Of a stretch of DNA of 49,170 nucleotides, positions 44,335 to 49,170 are shown piece by piece. Every line of letters starts with the position of its first letter. The first letter of the stretch is position 1. This DNA comes from an uncultured delta proteobacterium (lineage in GTDB: Bacteria; Myxococcota; Myxococcia; Myxococcales; Myxococcaceae). The DNA lies in assembly GCA_963776345.1 (NCBI GenBank), contig CAVZMH010000023.1, positions 1 through 49,170 on the forward strand, in the 5' to 3' direction. Below the pieces are notes generated by a model, which did no database searches, was not told where the DNA came from, and saw only the letters and a list, made by a program, of their open reading frames with translations. Made by a program: the position numbers and the translations under genes.

Positions 44335-46569
44335 TCACTTGGCCTCGCCCGGGCCGAGCGCCGTCCGGAAGAACTCGGCCATCCGCCGGGACAGCGACTC
44401 CAGCATCACCGGGTCCGCCACCATGTGCGTGTACCCGCCGAGCGGCAGGAACTGGTGCACCCGGCCCGCGCGGAACAGCCGGTCCGACAGCTGCAACGAG
44501 TGGAGGAAGAACACGTTGTCGTCCGTCGTCCCGTGCACCAGGAGCAACGGGCGCTCGAGGCCCGGCGCGAGCGGCAGGAGCGAGCTCTTCTCGTAGACGT
44601 CGCCCGGGTCGCCCGGCTGCCCGAGGTACCGCTCGGTGTAGAAGGTGTCGTAGTTGCGCCAGTCGGTCACCGGCGCGCCCGCCACCGCGGCCTTGAACAC
44701 CTCCGGCCGCTTCAGCACCGCCAGCGCCGACACGTAACCGCCGAAGGACCAGCCGGTGATGCCCACCCGGCCGAGGTCCACCTCCGGGACCTGCTGCGCC
44801 AGGAGCTGCAGCGCCGCGACCTGGTCCTCGATGACCGGACCGGCGAAGTCCCCGCGGATGGCCCGCTCCCACTCGCGGCCGCGCCGGGGCGTGCCCCGGT
44901 TGTCGAACCCCACCACCAGGAACCCCTGGTCCGCGAGCCACTGGTCGGCGAACAGCGAGCTGGCGCTCGACTCCACCTGGTTGTGGTGCGGGCCGCCGTA
45001 CACCGAGACGATGGTGGGCAGCTTCTGTCCGGGGCGCGCGTCGCGGGGCCGCAGGACGAAGGACCAGAAGCCCTGCGTCCCCAGCTTCCGGTACTCGGGC
45101 GCCGGCGGCCGGAGCGGCGTGGCCCGGGTCACCGGCAGCCGCCCGATGAAGCGGCCGCCGCGGTCGAACACCGACCAGTCCGGGAGGGAGGTCGGCGTCT
45201 CGATCGAGACCAGCCGCGTGGGCCCGTCCTCCGCGAGCATGCCGGAGACGACCACCCGCTCCCCGGGCTGCCCCACCACCCGCTCGGGGTTCCCGCCGTC
45301 GCGCACCCGCATCACCACCAGGTCCGGCGACTCGGGGCTGGCCTGGTAGTACAGCGCGCGCTCCGCGGCGTCGTAGCCGAGCAGGCGCACCAGCTGCTGG
45401 TCCGGCCGCACCCAGCCCCCCAGCCGCCGACCGTCCGCGGCGCGGAGCTCCGCCTCCGGCGCCCCGTTCCGCTCGGTGACCCAGAAGAAGGCCGACCCGT
45501 CCGGGAGCCACAGCGGCGGTGGCTCTCCGTTGCGTCCGCCGCCGAGGTGCTGGAGGTTGATCCACGCCGGGTCCTGCTCCTCGAGCAGCGTCCGGGTGGC
45601 GCCGGTCCTCGGGTCCACCGCCAGGAGCAGCGCGTGCTGCTGCGCCCGGTCCATCACGTAGACCGTCAGCGCGCCCCGCTTCGGCCACTTCACCTGGGTG
45701 AGGTAGGGGTAGCGATCGGCGTCCCACTTCACCCAGGTGGTCTTCCCGCCCGCCAGGGTGACGATGCCCAGCCGCACCTTGGCGTTCGGCTTGCCGGCGC
45801 GCGGATAGGGGACGCGTTCGAACGTGGATTCGGGATGCGCCGGGTCGCCGAGGGTGAACGCCTCCACCCCCTTGGCGTCCGCCTCCTCGAACGCGATCTG
45901 CTTGCCGTCCGGGCTCCACCAGCTGCCGTCGAAGCGGCCCATCTCCTCCTGGGCGACGAACTCGGCCAGCCCGTGCGTCAGCCGCTCCGAGCCGCCGGTG
46001 GTGAGCCGCCGCTCCTTGGCCTTGGCGTTCGCGAGCTCCAGCACGTGGAGGTCCCCCCCCTTCACGTAGCTGATCAGCTTCCCGTCCGGAGAGAGCCGCG
46101 GGTCGAGCGCGCCCGTCGGCGGGAGCAGCTTCACCGCCTGCTCGGCCGGGCGCCCGGCCATGAGCGCCGGCACGTCCACCCGGTACAGCCGCCCCGAGAG
46201 CGGGGCGACGACGGTCTTCCCGTCCTCGGACAGCGCGTAGCCGACCAGCCCCCGCGCCGCCACCCGCTGCCGCTCGAGCTGCGCCTTCTCCGCCGCGCTG
46301 AGCTGCTGCGCCGCCCCGCGAAGGAGCGCGTCCGCGGACAGCAGCTCGCGGGCCTGGCCCGCGTCCACCTCGAACACGTGGAGCGACTGCACCGGCGAGT
46401 CGGCGGGCGAGCGGAGGAAGAAGACCTCGGTCCCGGTCCGGTTCATCCGGATGGTGTTGGGGGTGCCGTTCCGGAACTTGCGAGTCTCGGAGAGCTGGCG
46501 GAGCACCGGGTCCGGCGGCGGCGGAGCGGGAGTGGCGGCGAGCATGAGGAGCGTGGAGGCGAGAACCAT
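44335..46569 (-). CDS. S9B dipeptidyl peptidase IV-like serine peptidase, exported
   Basis: Signal peptide, QEEM, YPRAG, GWSFGG nucleophile, DDNV and His motifs. Confidence 0.92.
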   Translation of the reverse strand: MVLASTLLMLAATPAPPPPDPVLRQLSETRKFRNGTPNTIRMNRTGTEVFFLRSPADSPVQSLHVFEVDAGQARELLSADALLRGAAQQLSAAEKAQLERQRVAARGLVGYALSEDGKTVVAPLSGRLYRVDVPALMAGRPAEQAVKLLPPTGALDPRLSPDGKLISYVKGGDLHVLELANAKAKERRLTTGGSERLTHGLAEFVAQEEMGRFDGSWWSPDGKQIAFEEADAKGVEAFTLGDPAHPESTFERVPYPRAGKPNAKVRLGIVTLAGGKTTWVKWDADRYPYLTQVKWPKRGALTVYVMDRAQQHALLLAVDPRTGATRTLLEEQDPAWINLQHLGGGRNGEPPPLWLPDGSAFFWVTERNGAPEAELRAADGRRLGGWVRPDQQLVRLLGYDAAERALYYQASPESPDLVVMRVRDGGNPERVVGQPGERVVVSGMLAEDGPTRLVSIETPTSLPDWSVFDRGGRFIGRLPVTRATPLRPPAPEYRKLGTQGFWSFVLRPRDARPGQKLPTIVSVYGGPHHNQVESSASSLFADQWLADQGFLVVGFDNRGTPRRGREWERAIRGDFAGPVIEDQVAALQLLAQQVPEVDLGRVGITGWSFGGYVSALAVLKRPEVFKAAVAGAPVTDWRNYDTFYTERYLGQPGDPGDVYEKSSLLPLAPGLERPLLLVHGTTDDNVFFLHSLQLSDRLFRAGRVHQFLPLGGYTHMVADPVMLESLSRRMAEFFRTALGPGEAK

Positions 46570-46625
46570 GGGGTGGCCGATCCCTTAGCCCGGGCACCGC
46601 CCGGGCGGTAGGGTGACGCGAACGG

Positions 46626-47162
46626 ATGCCGCGCCCCTGGATCTTCGGACTCCCGCTGGTGGCCCTGCTCCTGGGGCTGTTCCTCGGCACGGTGCTGGGG
46701 CCGCGGCTCCAGCTGCAGCGCCAGCTCCTCGAGCGCGAGCGGCAGGAGAAGGCGCACCTCGAGGCGCTCGGCGCCTGCCTCAGGCTCGAGCGCTGGAGCC
46801 TCGACCGCGAGGCGGACGGCGGGGTGGTGGTGCGGGCCGCGGTGCTGGCCGGGCGCGAGGGGCGGCTCGCGCTCGATGCCCACGCCGACCAGGGTAACGA
46901 CGAGGTCCTGGTGCCGGACATCCAGAAGGCGCCGCTCCTGCCGGCGGCGGTCCGCATGGGCGAGCAGGTCACGCTCGAGCGGCACCTCCGGCGGATCCGC
47001 CCCGGTGACCCGGACGCCATCAGCCTGCGCTTCAGCTGCCGGCCGCCCGGGCCCAAGGGCATCTTCGGGGTGATCGAGTACGCGACCGGCGTCGCGGGCG
47101 AGGGCTCGGACGGGTTCGGCAACGTCGTGCGCCCGCTCCCGCCGCCTGGCCCGGGCTCCTAG
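46626..47162 (+). CDS. Hypothetical membrane-anchored protein
   Basis: N-terminal hydrophobic helix, protein-like composition, fills the gap. Confidence 0.6.
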   Translation: MPRPWIFGLPLVALLLGLFLGTVLGPRLQLQRQLLERERQEKAHLEALGACLRLERWSLDREADGGVVVRAAVLAGREGRLALDAHADQGNDEVLVPDIQKAPLLPAAVRMGEQVTLERHLRRIRPGDPDAISLRFSCRPPGPKGIFGVIEYATGVAGEGSDGFGNVVRPLPPPGPGS

Positions 47163-48599
47163 GGCTGGACCCTCGCCACGGCCGACACCCGGCCGGGCCC
47201 GAGCAGCCGGAAGACGATAGGCGGGCTCTTGCGGGCCGCGCGGATGGCCTCGCTGGCCTCCTTCGCCGAGTGCACCGGAAACCCCGCCACCTCCACGATG
47301 ACCAGCCCGGAATGGAGCCCCGCGCGCTCCGCGGGCGACCCCGGCTCGACCGAGAGCACCAGCGCCCCGGGACCGCGCACGCCGATTGCCTCCTCGACCT
47401 CCGGCGTGACCTCGCCGATCTCCACGCCGAGCCGCATGGGCACCATCTGCTCGGGCGGCGACCCCTGCTCGGCCGGTGGCTGGAGCGGCCCGGTGCCCTC
47501 GAGGTCGGTGCGCTCCCCGAGCCGGACGCTGACCGAGCCCGTGGTGTTCCCGTGCACCACCCCGAGCCTCACCAGCTCTCCGGGCCGGTGCAGCCCCACC
47601 AGCCGGGTGAGCGCCTGCGCCGACTCGATGGGGCGGCCGTCGAGCGAGACGATGACGTCGTCCACTTCCACCCCGGCCGCGCGCGCCGAGGAGCCGGGGA
47701 CGAAGCCGTTCACCACCGCCCCGTGACGGCCCGCGAGGCCCAGCGCCGTGGCCAGGTCCGGGGTGAGGTCCTGGAGGTAGACCCCGAGCGCTCCGCGCAC
47801 CACGCCGCCGGTCCGCTCGAGCTGCGGGAGGAGGGCCTTCAGGAGGGAGGAGGGGATGGCGAAGCCGATCCGGCTCCCGCTGTCGTTGTTGACCATGGCG
47901 GTGTTCACCCCCACGACCTCGCCGGCCATGTCGAACAGCGGTCCCCCGGAGTTGCCGGGGTTGATGGCCGCGTCGGTCTGGAGGAACTCGTCGAACGGCC
48001 CGGCCCCGAGGTCGCGGGCGGTGGCGCTGAGGATTCCGAGCGAGACGCTGGTGGAGAGCCCGAAGGGGTTGCCGATGGCCAGAAGCCAGTCGCCGACCCG
48101 GAGCCGGTCCGAGTCGCCGAGCGTGGCGAACGGGAGGTCCGCGGCGGCGCGCGGAGCCGACCAGCGCGAGGTCGGTCGGCGCGTCCCGGCCCACCAGGTC
48201 GGCGTCGAGGCGACGGCCGTCGGCGAGCCGGACCGAGATGGCACTCGCGCCCTCGACCACGTGGTTGTTGGTGACCACCAGGCCCGAGCGGTCGACGACG
48301 AACCCCGAGCCGCCCCTCTCCTGTTGCGGGATGGCCCGTCCGCCCAGGAAGCGCTCGTGTCCCGGAGGGAGCCTGGGGGTGGCCATCGCGCTCAGGCTGA
48401 CCACGCTCGGGCCGATCCGCTCCACCAGCGGCGCGAGCGAGGGCAGCGCGATCTCCGGGACGGTGATCGCGCCGCGTCCGAGGTCGACCTCGCCTTCGGC
48501 CAGCAGCGGCAACGTCGCCGGGGCCTCCGGAGCCGGCGCGCCCCCGCGCTTGCACGCGGCGAGGGCAAGAACGAGCAGGGCCAGAGTCCAGCGGCGCAT
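47159..48599 (-). CDS. HtrA/DegP-family serine protease lipoprotein with two PDZ-like domains, frameshifted near 48150-48160
   Basis: Lipobox LAAC, TNNHV (His) and TDLAL (Asp) lie in one frame; AIGNPFG and GNSGG (Ser) lie in another. Confidence 0.85.
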
Positions 48600-48698
48600 C
48601 GACCAGGAGCCTCCTCCCCTGGTATGCGGACTGGAGGGCCCATTGTCCAGCGAAGGCGAGGCCCTGGACTCGCGAGGACGGAACCCGAGGCTCCGGTG

Positions 48699-49170
48699 AT
48701 GACATCCGCCCCGCCGCTCCGACCGACGCCGAGCCGATCGGGTCCATCCTCGAGCCCATCGTCCGGGCCGGCGAGACCTACGCCCTCCGGCGGGACATGT
48801 CGCGACGAGGCCCTCGCCTGGTGGCAGGGCCAGGCACGAGGTGTTCGTCGCCGAGGACGGCGGGTCGGTCTCGGCGCCTACTTCCCTCACCCAAGACCAG
48901 ATAGGGCAGGACCACGTCACCGAGAGGCTTCGGCTTATGCCACGGCGGCTTCGGCCACCGCCGCCGGCATCACCCGGCGATCTGCGCGCCGCTCGCTCGG
49001 GCACGCTCGGCGCGCCGCTACCAGGGCCATCCAGTTCAACATCATCGTCAGCAGCACCACGGTCCACCTCTGAGAACATCGATGGGTTCCCAACGCTCTA
49101 CCGCGCTCCCAGCGCGTTCCAGCACCCGACCCTCGGTTCATTCAGCACGCTGGTAATCTTCCGGGCGCTC
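48699..49170 (+). pseudogene. Degraded (or mis-sequenced) GNAT acetyltransferase
   Basis: Ordered fragments in different frames: IRPAAPTDAEPIGSILEPIVRAGETYALRRDMSR, DEALAWW, HEVFVAEDG, LGAYF, SLGHARR..RAIQFNIIVS, AFQHPTLG..LVIFRAL; in-frame TGA at 49071-49073. Confidence 0.75.

Noticed and set aside
48935..49060. 41-aa minus-strand small ORF with a GAGGTG RBS-like sequence
   Set aside because: Lies antisense to the degraded GNAT gene, which explains the sequence better

Overview
Very GC-rich bacterial DNA. The PEGA protein, DAG-repeat lipoproteins, membrane Ser/Thr kinase and ECF/anti-sigma pair suggest a myxobacterium (Myxococcota); this is an inference. In order, the window holds: the end of an aerobic form I CO dehydrogenase cluster (coxM'-coxS-coxL, DUF2182-like, XdhC/CoxF); a REP-associated tyrosine transposase (RAYT); an M20 dipeptidase; an orphan HerA-like ATPase; a THUMP RNA methyltransferase; an FNR-like reductase; an Nfu-methyltransferase-PLP decarboxylase run; two tandem exported, membrane-anchored CHAT (caspase-like) proteases divergent from an ECF sigma/zinc anti-sigma pair; a Ser/Thr kinase; a FemAB-like GNAT with clpS-clpA; a PEGA protein opposite two paralogous large lipoproteins; fabI; a thioredoxin-NHL protein; sucA-sucB; a cold-shock gene; an S9 peptidase; a frameshifted HtrA; and a decayed GNAT gene. 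Two things stand out. The first is the CHAT x2/ECF/anti-sigma module, a candidate caspase-like-protease-gated signalling system. The second is a dispersed palindromic repeat family (GGTGTCAAACACCTCC, six exact copies plus variants) linked to the RAYT, some copies lying inside coding sequences. Several frameshifts may be assembly errors. I saw no rRNA, tRNA or CRISPR array.
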